Positions 8,134 to 16,753 of a DNA stretch of 22,136 bases are shown here, piece after piece; positions within the stretch are counted from its first letter, which is position 1, and every line of letters begins with the position of its first letter. Source of the DNA: Verrucomicrobiota bacterium (GTDB lineage: Bacteria > Verrucomicrobiota > Verrucomicrobiia > Opitutales > Cerasicoccaceae); the NCBI GenBank assembly GCA_039818205.1, contig JBCBUK010000025.1:13673-35808 (forward strand), in the 5' to 3' direction. The notes under the pieces are model-generated. The model did no database searches and had not been told where the DNA came from. It saw only the letters and a program-made list of their open reading frames with translations. Both the position numbers and the translations under genes were made by a program.

Positions 8134-10494
8134 TTAGGCCTCGCTGGCATCTACCATTACCAGGCGGAGCCGCAGAAACTGGCGGGTCGTCTCTGCCACC
8201 GACGACAGGCTCCGCACCGTGATCGTCTCCGTACCGTCGCCATTGCTGATCGGATCGCCCACTTCCGCCAATGAGCCTTCAAGGGTCGACCAGCTTAGAA
8301 GGTCCTCGGAGAATTCAATTACTGGTTCAATATCGACTGTGAACTGGCGACGGGTAAACGTCATCGTCATATAAGTCTCACCATCAATCGTTACGTAGCC
8401 CTTCTCAATGCTTGGATTGTCTGGTGACGCCGCATCCGTGCTCGCAAAGTATTCTTCCAGGTTGGTCAGCGAGTCACCATCTGGATCGTCTGTCGGATCC
8501 GTGGCTGAGATCTCGGCGGCCAGCAACTGAGCCCAGGCATCGTAACCGGTCTCGCCGTCAACCCCACCCTCACCGAAAAGCGTCATCGCAAATGATGGCG
8601 TGCAGGAGTATCCGCCGACGGCGTCCTCGTCCTCAATAAACCACCTTCCGTACAAGGTTTGGCCAACCAAGGTTGGATCATCGGGTATTTCAATGGAAAC
8701 GGATCCCGAACCCGCGCCGTCGCCAGAGTTCTCCAGGGAGATCGTGAAGCGGCAGGCGACTTCGGCGGCACTGGGAACGCCTCCGTTGATCGACGGCTCG
8801 GTGATATCCATCACAAAAGTCGCCTGCGCTCCCGGGCGACCGTCAACGACTCCAACGGTGAAACTCGGGTTACCGACCAGGGGCGGCTCCAGCGCCTGAA
8901 ACTGTGGCGTAACACCGCCCTGCCCAGAGTTGCCCGTGCCGAAAAACGATGGCTCGCGCCCCGAGCCGGCATAGAGCGTCGGATGATCAAACGGTGGCAG
9001 AGCGTTCGCGACACGATCGTCAGTCAGGGTTTCAAGGAAGGCCAAGAGATCCGCCTGAGCGAGCGCCGCAAGGTTGACTGGCCGCAACTCGTTGTCGGCC
9101 GAATTAAAATCACCGCCAGCGATGTAGAAATCGATTACTTCCTCCAGTGTTCCGATACTTCCAGTATGCATGAAGGCGGGACGCAGGGCCGCGTTGCGCA
9201 AACCTGGTGTTAGAAAATCGCCCCGGTCGCCGTTGTTCCCGGTCACATCAAACCGCCCTAGATCCTCCCCGTTGGCAATGGGACGCACTCCAATATGGTG
9301 AAAGTCGCCATCCGTAAATGCGGGGCCGCTGTGGCAGGTATCGCAGCGCGACCCATTGAAACGATTTTGCCCGCGCGTTTCCGCGTTCGAGAAAGCATCA
9401 ATGCCCATCACAACACGGTCGAATTTCGTTCGGTCAGAAAATAGAATGCGTTCGTAGCTCGCGATCGCCATGGCGATTCGGCTAGGCGTGATCTCGCTGT
9501 CCCCAAAGGTCTCGAGAAAGAGTTCTGGGTAGCCGCGATCGGAAATCCAGGCCTCCAAAGCGGTAGGGATATCTGTCGCCAACGCGAGCGGCCGGACCCG
9601 CTCAAGCTTGGCCAGGATCTCTTCCCAGTTCGCGCCCATGTGCGCCATCTCAACGTCATTGGTAATCGGCCCGAGTGCTTGAACTTCCAACGCCGCGCCA
9701 TTGGTCAGAACCGTTTCTCCGCTGACCGGATCAACCAGCTGCGAACCCGCGCGACCATCCCAAAAGAGCGTTTCAGTATATCCGGCATTAATCGCCGGGC
9801 GAGGATAACGTACGGTGACTTGGGCGTCGTAGGCATAAGCCTCACTCCAGGTATACAATCCCTCGTGCGTGTTGGCCGGAACCCCTTGGGACCCCGTGAC
9901 ATCATCATTGGTTCCCACCACGCCATCGGGCCCCGGATTACTTGAACGAAGATCACCAATGACTGAGCGGGCATCCGAACCGCCAGCCGTCGGCGCATGG
10001 CAGGTTGCGCACGACATCGTTCCGGTCGAGGACATCTGCTCCTCCCAGAAGAGCGTTTTGCCCAGCGCCACCTTGGATGCCGTGAGCGGGTTGCCAGCTG
10101 GATCTTCTGGCGGGTTCAGCGGCTCTTGGTCACCAAAATCAGTAATCCCCAATGCGCGGACGCCGACGACGACTTCGCTCAATTCACTCTCCTCGCTGTC
10201 GTTGGCCGCCCGGACCCAATAGTAGATCGCTTGTTCGGCCACTGTTCCCGTATCGAACACGTAGGGTTTGTCCGAAACTGCGATCAGCGAGGCACTCGCC
10301 GAACTATTCGTCGTATTGCGATAGATCCGATACTCATTGGCAAAAGCCACGGGCTCCCAGCGAATCATGATCTTGGTCGAATAGTCGCGACTCGACGCTT
10401 CAACGCCCATCGGGGCATACAGATTTTGAGCGGAAGATAAGCAGGGAAAAGACAATAAGCAAAATATCAGAAAAATGGGACTACGACTGTGCAT
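8134..10494 (-). CDS. Secreted multidomain di-heme cytochrome c peroxidase (bCcP/MauG superfamily) protein
   Basis: Signal peptide from ATG 10494; FN3-like N-domain (IRWEPVAFANEYRIYR...YYWVRAAN); LGKTLFWE, CATCH (9997-10011), FWDGRA, CDTCH (9331-9345), TPGLRN..PAFMHTG; extra C-terminal domains. Confidence 0.88.
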   Translation of the reverse strand: MHSRSPIFLIFCLLSFPCLSSAQNLYAPMGVEASSRDYSTKIMIRWEPVAFANEYRIYRNTTNSSASASLIAVSDKPYVFDTGTVAEQAIYYWVRAANDSEESELSEVVVGVRALGITDFGDQEPLNPPEDPAGNPLTASKVALGKTLFWEEQMSSTGTMSCATCHAPTAGGSDARSVIGDLRSSNPGPDGVVGTNDDVTGSQGVPANTHEGLYTWSEAYAYDAQVTVRYPRPAINAGYTETLFWDGRAGSQLVDPVSGETVLTNGAALEVQALGPITNDVEMAHMGANWEEILAKLERVRPLALATDIPTALEAWISDRGYPELFLETFGDSEITPSRIAMAIASYERILFSDRTKFDRVVMGIDAFSNAETRGQNRFNGSRCDTCHSGPAFTDGDFHHIGVRPIANGEDLGRFDVTGNNGDRGDFLTPGLRNAALRPAFMHTGSIGTLEEVIDFYIAGGDFNSADNELRPVNLAALAQADLLAFLETLTDDRVANALPPFDHPTLYAGSGREPSFFGTGNSGQGGVTPQFQALEPPLVGNPSFTVGVVDGRPGAQATFVMDITEPSINGGVPSAAEVACRFTISLENSGDGAGSGSVSIEIPDDPTLVGQTLYGRWFIEDEDAVGGYSCTPSFAMTLFGEGGVDGETGYDAWAQLLAAEISATDPTDDPDGDSLTNLEEYFASTDAASPDNPSIEKGYVTIDGETYMTMTFTRRQFTVDIEPVIEFSEDLLSWSTLEGSLAEVGDPISNGDGTETITVRSLSSVAETTRQFLRLRLVMVDASEA

Positions 10495-10623
10495 GTCATG
10501 ATGAAACCAAATCGAGCTCCGATTGTTTCGCCGCACTCAATGACAATTCGTTCATGAAGAACAACCTAGAATATGCATCGGCCACAGATGACGCCTCCAA
10601 TCAAGCCACGATTCCCTAGAGAC

Positions 10624-10654
10624 AAAAAAGGCCGCAGCAAATCGCCGCGGCCTT
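10624..10654 (-). terminator. Rho-independent terminator of the arylsulfatase gene
   Basis: Minus strand AAGGCCGCGGC-GATTT-GCTGCGGCC followed by TTTTTT, about 22 nt after the stop. Confidence 0.8.
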
Positions 10655-10676
10655 GTTTCAAAATATCTGTCCGAGA

Positions 10677-12278
10677 CTATCGGGCTCCGGAGGTTTCCTT
10701 AAGCTTCTCAACCACACCCTTCAAGTTGAAGGATCCTGGCTTCTGGCTTGGAGGATATTCGACAAAGGTTTGCGCGAATTTAGCAGCGGCAGCCTGCATC
10801 GGCACCAAAACGTAAGCGCGGTCGAGGAACCAATCATAGTAGGTGTTCGAGTTGTGCTGCGACTTCTCGAAGGGATCGCGGCGCAAGTTGAATAGCAATG
10901 GAATACGCAGTTCGGTGAATGGCTCCATCCAAACACCAAATGCCTTACCACGGTTCTCGTAGAACACCGCTTTCCATGGCCCAAGGCGCAGCGCGACCAA
11001 TTGGCCGTCGTCATTGAAATACCAGAACTCCTTGCGAGGCGACATATCAACCTTCTCCGTGAAGTATTCAGTCATGTCATAACCATCGAGGTGTTGGCGA
11101 TAGTCGCGACCAATGGCCTCGTAGCCAGTAAGCAATTCCTTCTTCAGGTTTGGGTTACCACCAGCAGTGGCAAAGGTTGGCATCCAGTCTTCGTGGGACA
11201 CGATACCGTTAAGCGTCTTCCCGGCAGGGAATTTTCCGGGCCAACGAACGAAAGCAGGAACACGGTAGGCGCCCTCCCAGTTCGAGTTCTTTTCGCCACG
11301 GAATGGCGTCGTTGCGGCATCGGGCCAGGTGTTGTAATGCGGTCCGTTATCGGTCGAGTAGAACACAATGGTATCATCAGCGATGCCGAGCTCATCGAGC
11401 AGGTCCAGGAGTTCGCCAACGTGCATATCGTGCTCAACCATACCGTCGTGGTATTCGTTGCCATCAGGCCCGGAGATGCCGGTATGTTCTTCCTTAACGT
11501 GGGTGCGGAAGTGCATGCGGGTCCCATTCCACCAACAGAAGAAGGGCTCACCAGCTTTGTTCTTGCGCTTGATGAAATCCTTGGCAGCAGCCAGGGTTTC
11601 TTCGTCAATGGTCTCCATCCGCTTCTTGGTGAGCGGGCCGGTGTTTTCGATGGTTTGGGTTCCGTCTGGGTTGGCCTTCGACTTCAAGACACCCCGCGGT
11701 CCAAATTGCTCACGGAAAGTCTTTCCGCTAGGAAGAACCATGTCACCCGGGTAGTCGCGATTTTCAGGCTCCTCTTCCGCATTCAGGTGGTAGAGGTTTC
11801 CAAGAAACTCATCAAAACCATTATTAGTCGGGAGGTGCTCGTCTCGGTCACCAAAGTGGTTTTTACCGAATTGACCGGTAGCATAACCAAGGGATTTCAT
11901 CACACCAGCGATCGTGATGTCGCCCTCTTGCCAGCCTTCCTTCGCGCCCGGCAGGCCAACTTTGGTCATCCCCGTGCGAACAGGAACCGTTCCACCGACA
12001 AAGGCTGCGCGACCTGCAGTACACGACTGCTGACCATAATAATCAGTGAAAGAGAGGCCTTCATGACCCAATCGGTCAATGTTTGGCGTTTTATAGCCCA
12101 TCAATCCGCGGCTATTGAAACTGATATTGGTGATGCCAATATCGTCACCCCAAATGACCAGAATATTGGGCTTTTTTTCGTCGGCCTGGGCAAAGGTGCT
12201 ACCTGCGGTAACCAAGCAACCGGCGAAGACTGCGAGACCCGCGCGGCCAAGGCACGTATTTAGTAGATTTCGTAACAT
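10677..12278 (-). CDS. Arylsulfatase (formylglycine-dependent S1 sulfatase, Cys-type), secreted
   Basis: KPNILVIWGDDIG, signature CTAGR (12009-12023), GYATGQFGKNHFG, STDNG, WEGAYRVP; signal peptide from ATG 12278 (TTG at 12314 is an alternative start). Confidence 0.95.
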   Translation of the reverse strand: MLRNLLNTCLGRAGLAVFAGCLVTAGSTFAQADEKKPNILVIWGDDIGITNISFNSRGLMGYKTPNIDRLGHEGLSFTDYYGQQSCTAGRAAFVGGTVPVRTGMTKVGLPGAKEGWQEGDITIAGVMKSLGYATGQFGKNHFGDRDEHLPTNNGFDEFLGNLYHLNAEEEPENRDYPGDMVLPSGKTFREQFGPRGVLKSKANPDGTQTIENTGPLTKKRMETIDEETLAAAKDFIKRKNKAGEPFFCWWNGTRMHFRTHVKEEHTGISGPDGNEYHDGMVEHDMHVGELLDLLDELGIADDTIVFYSTDNGPHYNTWPDAATTPFRGEKNSNWEGAYRVPAFVRWPGKFPAGKTLNGIVSHEDWMPTFATAGGNPNLKKELLTGYEAIGRDYRQHLDGYDMTEYFTEKVDMSPRKEFWYFNDDGQLVALRLGPWKAVFYENRGKAFGVWMEPFTELRIPLLFNLRRDPFEKSQHNSNTYYDWFLDRAYVLVPMQAAAAKFAQTFVEYPPSQKPGSFNLKGVVEKLKETSGAR

Positions 12279-12690
12279 TTTTGAACAATGGGTTTTGGTT
12301 AGTTTAGAAAACAAATAACTCCCATCTCCTCAAAATTAACAGAATTCTAAACGTCTATCATTGAGCGAGTTAGATCAAAACATTAATCTTTTGGAGAGGA
12401 ACAGCTGGAAAAGAGTCCAAGATCAGCAACTGGACCTCTTTTTGCAAACGCAGATTCGAGATTTTTCACTATTATTAGGTGGTACCAATGATACTGAGAC
12501 CAGTGTTCAAACTGTTACCAAAACAATGCCTAGCCCTACACCGGCGGGTTACCTATCTTTAAGATACCTGGCCAAAAAGCCGGAATTTATGCTAACCTCT
12601 TTACTCATACGATAAAACCCGAGAACCCCAAATACGCGCCTAACCGCCTAGTCCGCCAATAATTGCCGGAACTGAACCGTATTTTGGGTG

Positions 12691-12718
12691 TTTACATCTA
12701 AGAAAGTTGAGCTAAGTT
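12691..12718 (+). promoter_or_regulatory. Putative tatA promoter (leaderless geometry)
   Basis: TTTACA (12691-12696), 16 nt, TAAGTT (12713-12718), 6 nt, ATG 12725; no Shine-Dalgarno site. Confidence 0.45.
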
Positions 12719-12724
12719 TATACT

Positions 12725-13000
12725 ATGGAATTGTTGATCAATAACCCCGCAGTAGGGATCCTTCAAAATCTGGGAGGCTGGGAAATTCCGCTGATCATTG
12801 CAGCGGTGCTGATCCTATTTGGTGGCAAGAAGTTGCCCGAGTTTGCTCGCGGCGCCGGACAAGCCATCCGTGAGTTCAAGACTCACTCCAAGAATGCGGA
12901 ACAAACCTTCAAGCAAGCGCTGAACGAGGAAGAACCCGCAACCAAGGCCCCAGCTCCAACCCAAACCGAAGCTGCGGCGAAGGAAACGTCGGCCTCTTAA
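12725..13000 (+). CDS. tatA: Twin-arginine translocase subunit TatA/E
   Basis: LGGWEIPLIIAAVLILFGGKKLPEFARGAGQAIREFK is the TatA TM-hinge-amphipathic helix signature. Confidence 0.93.
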   Translation: MELLINNPAVGILQNLGGWEIPLIIAAVLILFGGKKLPEFARGAGQAIREFKTHSKNAEQTFKQALNEEEPATKAPAPTQTEAAAKETSAS

Positions 13001-13246
13001 GGCCACAAAATTTGCGACCGCAAAGCGGTTAGCAACGACTCGGTGTGCGAGGGAACGATTCCACACCAAGCGATATCTTGCAGCCAACGGTATGGCAAAC
13101 TGCTGACCAACAGCTCGTTAGCGGTTTTAGAAGTGCACTTTCACTAATCGTTACAATTACGGTTAGTTTTCGTGACGTTTTCTTTTTACGCGAAATTCAA
13201 GTTTCGTCTTGTCAGCGGGTGCTCGGGCACGAGAATCATGCGCCCT

Positions 13247-14446
13247 ATGGCATCCGTAAAGACAGTCCAAGACGTCAATCTCACCAGCAAGCGCGTGCTC
13301 GTGCGTTGCGATTTTAACGTTCCCTTCGATTCCGAAGGTAAGATTTCTGACGACACGCGAATCGTTGGCGCATTGCCAACCATCAAACATCTCGTCGCCC
13401 AAGGTGCCAAGGTGATCCTTTGCTCCCACCTCGGGCGCCCCAAGGGCGAGAAGAACCCTAAGTTCACGCTCGCTCCGGTTGCCGCAGAGCTCGCCACGAA
13501 ATTGGGCCAACCAGTAACCTTCGTCGAAGATTGCATCGGCGAGACGGTCAAGACTGCCGTTGATAGCATGAGTGAGGGGCAGGTCATTCTGCTCGAGAAC
13601 GTCCGCTACTACGCAGGCGAAGAGAAAAACGACCCAGAATTTGCCAAGGAGCTCGCCTCGGTTGCTGAAGCCTACGTCAACGACGCATTCGGAACTGCCC
13701 ACCGTGCCCATGCTTCGACCGAAGGAGTTGCCCACCTCGTCGACACCAAAGTTGCCGGTTTCTTGATCGAAAAGGAACTCGAATTTCTCGGCCGCAAGAC
13801 CGAGACCCCCGAGCGTCCATTTGTGGTCATCCTTGGTGGCGCTAAGGTCTCTGATAAAATTTCCGTGATCGACGCATTGCTCGAAAAGTGCGACACGATG
13901 CTGATTGGTGGAGCCATGGCTTACACCTTCGCCCTGGCCAATGGCAAGAAGGTCGGTAACAGCCTCTCCGAACCCGACAAGGTGGAGACTGCCAAGGCCG
14001 CGATCGAAAAGGCAAAAGCCAAAGGCGTCTCTCTCCTCCTTCCCGACGACACACTAATCACCAACAGTCTCGATTTTGGTGCCGGTGCCGTCGGTGACGT
14101 AAAGGTCATCGAAGGCGACATCGAAGACGGCTGGGAAGGCGTCGATATCGGTCCAAAGACAATCAAGGCTTACCAAGAAGCCGTGAAGAACGCCAAGACC
14201 GTTCTATGGAATGGCCCAATGGGAGTCTTCGAAATCAAGGCCTGCGCCCAAGGAACTTTCGCGATTGCCGAATCCGTAGCGACTGCCGACTGCACCTCGA
14301 TCATTGGTGGCGGTGACTCCGTAAAGGCAATCAAGAGCAGCGGCCACGGCGACAACGTAAGCTTTATCAGCACCGGCGGTGGTGCTTCCCTCGAATTCCT
14401 CGAAGGCAAAACCCTTCCTGGTGTTGCCGCTCTCGAAACCAAATAA
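13247..14446 (+). CDS. pgk: Phosphoglycerate kinase
   Basis: KRVLVRCDFNVP, SHLGRPKG, LLENVRY, YVNDAFGTAHRAHAS, GGAKVSDK, WNGPMGVFE, ISTGGGASLEFLEG. Start is ATG 13247 (13238 possible). Confidence 0.98.
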   Translation: MASVKTVQDVNLTSKRVLVRCDFNVPFDSEGKISDDTRIVGALPTIKHLVAQGAKVILCSHLGRPKGEKNPKFTLAPVAAELATKLGQPVTFVEDCIGETVKTAVDSMSEGQVILLENVRYYAGEEKNDPEFAKELASVAEAYVNDAFGTAHRAHASTEGVAHLVDTKVAGFLIEKELEFLGRKTETPERPFVVILGGAKVSDKISVIDALLEKCDTMLIGGAMAYTFALANGKKVGNSLSEPDKVETAKAAIEKAKAKGVSLLLPDDTLITNSLDFGAGAVGDVKVIEGDIEDGWEGVDIGPKTIKAYQEAVKNAKTVLWNGPMGVFEIKACAQGTFAIAESVATADCTSIIGGGDSVKAIKSSGHGDNVSFISTGGGASLEFLEGKTLPGVAALETK

Positions 14447-14458
14447 CTTTTACCTAAA

Positions 14459-15238
14459 ATGGCAAACAACCGAAAATACCTGATCGCAGGAAACTGGAAA
14501 ATGAACAAGACAGCGGCAGATGCCGCTGAGTTGATCAAGGGCATCCTGCTCGAAGTCGGTGACAAGAATGGCGTCGGCGTCGTCGTCTGCCCTCCGTTCA
14601 CCGCGTTGGAAACCAGCGCCAAGGGCCTGAGCGAAGCCAACAACGTCCAGCTCGGTGCGCAAAACATGCACGCCAAGCCATCGGGTGCCTACACCGGTGA
14701 GGTCTCGGCTGAGATGCTCCGCCAACTCTATGTTAGCTTCGTGATCCTCGGTCACAGTGAACGCCGCGAATACTTCGGCGAAACTGACGAGCAAATCAAC
14801 GAGAAGGTTCTCGCGGCACTTGAAAGCAATTTGAAGCCAATTCTCTGCGTTGGTGAAACCCTCGAAAACCGCGAAGCCGGAGACACCTTGAAGGTCGTCG
14901 AAACCCAGTTGCTCGGTGGCCTTGTCAACGTGCCCACCGACAAGGCGGACCAAGTTGTCATTGCTTACGAACCCGTTTGGGCGATCGGCACCGGCAAGAC
15001 CGCGACTCCCGAAATGGCTCAAGAAGTTCACGCATCGATTCGCGTGATGCTTCGCGATCGTTTTGGTGAAGCCATTGGCGACAAAATCCGCATCCTTTAT
15101 GGTGGCTCGATGAAGCCGGAGAATGCTGACGGCCTCCTCGCAAAAGCCGACATTGATGGTGGATTGATCGGCGGTGCGTCACTTGACGCCAAATCCTTCG
15201 GCAAGCTCATTGAGTCCGCCCACAACGCGAGCGCTTAG
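14459..15238 (+). CDS. tpiA: Triosephosphate isomerase
   Basis: IAGNWKMN, GAQN, GHSERR, AYEPVWAIGTG, LYGGS, DGGLIGGASL. Confidence 0.99.
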   Translation: MANNRKYLIAGNWKMNKTAADAAELIKGILLEVGDKNGVGVVVCPPFTALETSAKGLSEANNVQLGAQNMHAKPSGAYTGEVSAEMLRQLYVSFVILGHSERREYFGETDEQINEKVLAALESNLKPILCVGETLENREAGDTLKVVETQLLGGLVNVPTDKADQVVIAYEPVWAIGTGKTATPEMAQEVHASIRVMLRDRFGEAIGDKIRILYGGSMKPENADGLLAKADIDGGLIGGASLDAKSFGKLIESAHNASA

Positions 15239-15263
15239 AGTTTCAACTCGATGAGAATAAGTG

Positions 15264-15989
15264 ATGCGCCAACTAGCTTCAGCTCAAACGCTTGAAGAGG
15301 CGCATCTTTACAAACATCTTCTCGATAGTGCCGACATCCCGTGCACTATCGAGGATGCCAGTTTAATTAGCGGCAGTCTCTTTACCAATATTGGTAGCAG
15401 CTACATCATTTCGGTGCCGGAAAACAAGTTTACCGAAGCACAAGGCATCATCAATACAGACGCAATCATCGCAGAATTAGATGGTAATCCCAAAGATGGC
15501 CAAAATGGGGAACAATCTCAACCGCCAGACGAAGCGAAATACGGCCTTACACTGGGACAAGACGCCAAAGTTTTTCGGGCATTGGTTGCAACGGACCTAG
15601 CGATCAATATACTCTTCTGGATACAGCCATACCTCTACGAAGAAAAGCATCCCGAGCAGGTACTGGATTACTTGGATTCTCTCTCGGCAAGTCCATATGT
15701 CTCGTATCAGTTGTCCACTTTTGGCGGTATTATGATGTTGATTACTGTATCTGGCCTCCTGGGACTGTTCTTCTTTAAAGAATGGGCCAAGTATGCCTAC
15801 CTAATCGGTTGGATTTACTATTTGGCCTTCAGCCTAGTTGCTGTACCCAGCCTCGCTGCGGTCGGCGTGTTTGGTACGCTTAGCATCGTTAGCACCCTCG
15901 CGAGTGGAGCTATCGTCGCCCTATTCTCATACTCGCCAATCAACCGCTATTTCGATAAGGCAGAGGTCGGAGATCACTCTAGTCCGTAG
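15264..15989 (+). CDS. DUF2007-like (putative signal-transducing) N-terminal domain fused to a multi-TM membrane domain
   Basis: EEAHLYKHLLDSADIPCTIED...ISVPE..A..I resembles DUF2007; about 4 hydrophobic segments in the C-terminal half; 25 bp after tpiA. Confidence 0.65.
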   Translation: MRQLASAQTLEEAHLYKHLLDSADIPCTIEDASLISGSLFTNIGSSYIISVPENKFTEAQGIINTDAIIAELDGNPKDGQNGEQSQPPDEAKYGLTLGQDAKVFRALVATDLAINILFWIQPYLYEEKHPEQVLDYLDSLSASPYVSYQLSTFGGIMMLITVSGLLGLFFFKEWAKYAYLIGWIYYLAFSLVAVPSLAAVGVFGTLSIVSTLASGAIVALFSYSPINRYFDKAEVGDHSSP

Positions 15990-16010
15990 TCATTGCTCCA
16001 AAGCTGTTTT

Positions 16011-16040
16011 GGCGTCGCAATTCGCGGCGCCTTTCTTTTT
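16011..16040 (+). terminator. Rho-independent terminator after the pgk-tpiA-DUF2007 genes
   Basis: GGCGTCGC-AATTC-GCGGCGCC followed by TTTCTTTTT. Confidence 0.75.
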
Positions 16041-16064
16041 GCTTGAAAGCAGCGAGTTTCCACC

Positions 16065-16734
16065 ATGAAAAAAGTTCTACTGACTGGATTTGGAGATTGG
16101 GCTGGCAGCACAGCCAACCCATCGGGTGAAGTTGCCAAGGCATTGGACGGCGCCGAACTGCCTGGAGCGGTCGTGAAAAGTGTCATCCCACCTTCGGTTT
16201 TTAAGGAGATGATTCCCTGTGTCACCGCAGCGATTGATGACTTCCAACCCGACATCGTCTTGATGATGGGCGAGTATAACGGGCGGACGATGATCACCGT
16301 TGAACGCGTGGCCCAGAACACGATCGATGCGCCTCGCTATGGGTTTGGCGATGAGGCTGGAGACATGCCCCAGGACGAGGCCATTGTCGATGGCGCACCC
16401 TACGCCTATCGGGCAACGATTCCGATGCGCGCAATGGTTCGCGCGATGCGGGATACGGGTGTCCCAGCGGACATCTCGGACACAGCGGCTACCTTCGGTT
16501 GCAACCTACTCATGTTTGGCGCTCTGCATTACATTGCGGAAAAAGGCCTGCCCATCCGCGCCGGATGGATCCACCTTCCCTCTTTGCCAGAAACCGCTGC
16601 ACTCGATAAAAACGTCGGCCTGCCGAGCATGGGCTTTGGAGACACAGATCAAAGGCGTCTCCGCGGGAATCGTAGCCGCCGTAGAACACGAAACCGACAC
16701 CAACGACGTCATCCCATCGCGTTTACAGATTTAG
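16065..16734 (+). pseudogene. pcp: Pyroglutamyl-peptidase I (pyrrolidone-carboxylate peptidase) with an apparent +1 frameshift near the 3' end (or a sequencing error)
   Basis: KVLLTGFG, TVERVAQN (Glu), ATFGCN (Cys), GWIHLP (His). After LPSM the family-like tail ALETQIKGVSAGIVAAVEH...IPSRLQI* is in another frame; removing one G at 16631-16633 gives a 222-aa protein ending at 16734. Confidence 0.88.
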
Positions 16735-16753
16735 CACCAAGTCAGAACCTGAA

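Noticed and set aside
10495..10536. MRRNN N-terminal extension as a Tat signal linking the peroxidase to tatA
   Set aside because: No S/T-R-R-x-F-L-K consensus; ATG 10494 gives a normal Sec signal, and c-type cytochromes are usually Sec substrates.
11001..12263. 420-aa plus-strand ORF antisense to the arylsulfatase
   Set aside because: Codon-aligned shadow of a strongly biased gene; no recognisable motifs.
12361..12615. 84-aa ORF in the sulfatase-tatA divergent region
   Set aside because: TTG start, AT-rich promoter-like DNA, no family resemblance.
13163..15182. Several minus-strand ORFs (up to 193 aa) over pgk and tpiA
   Set aside because: Antisense shadows of conserved housekeeping genes.
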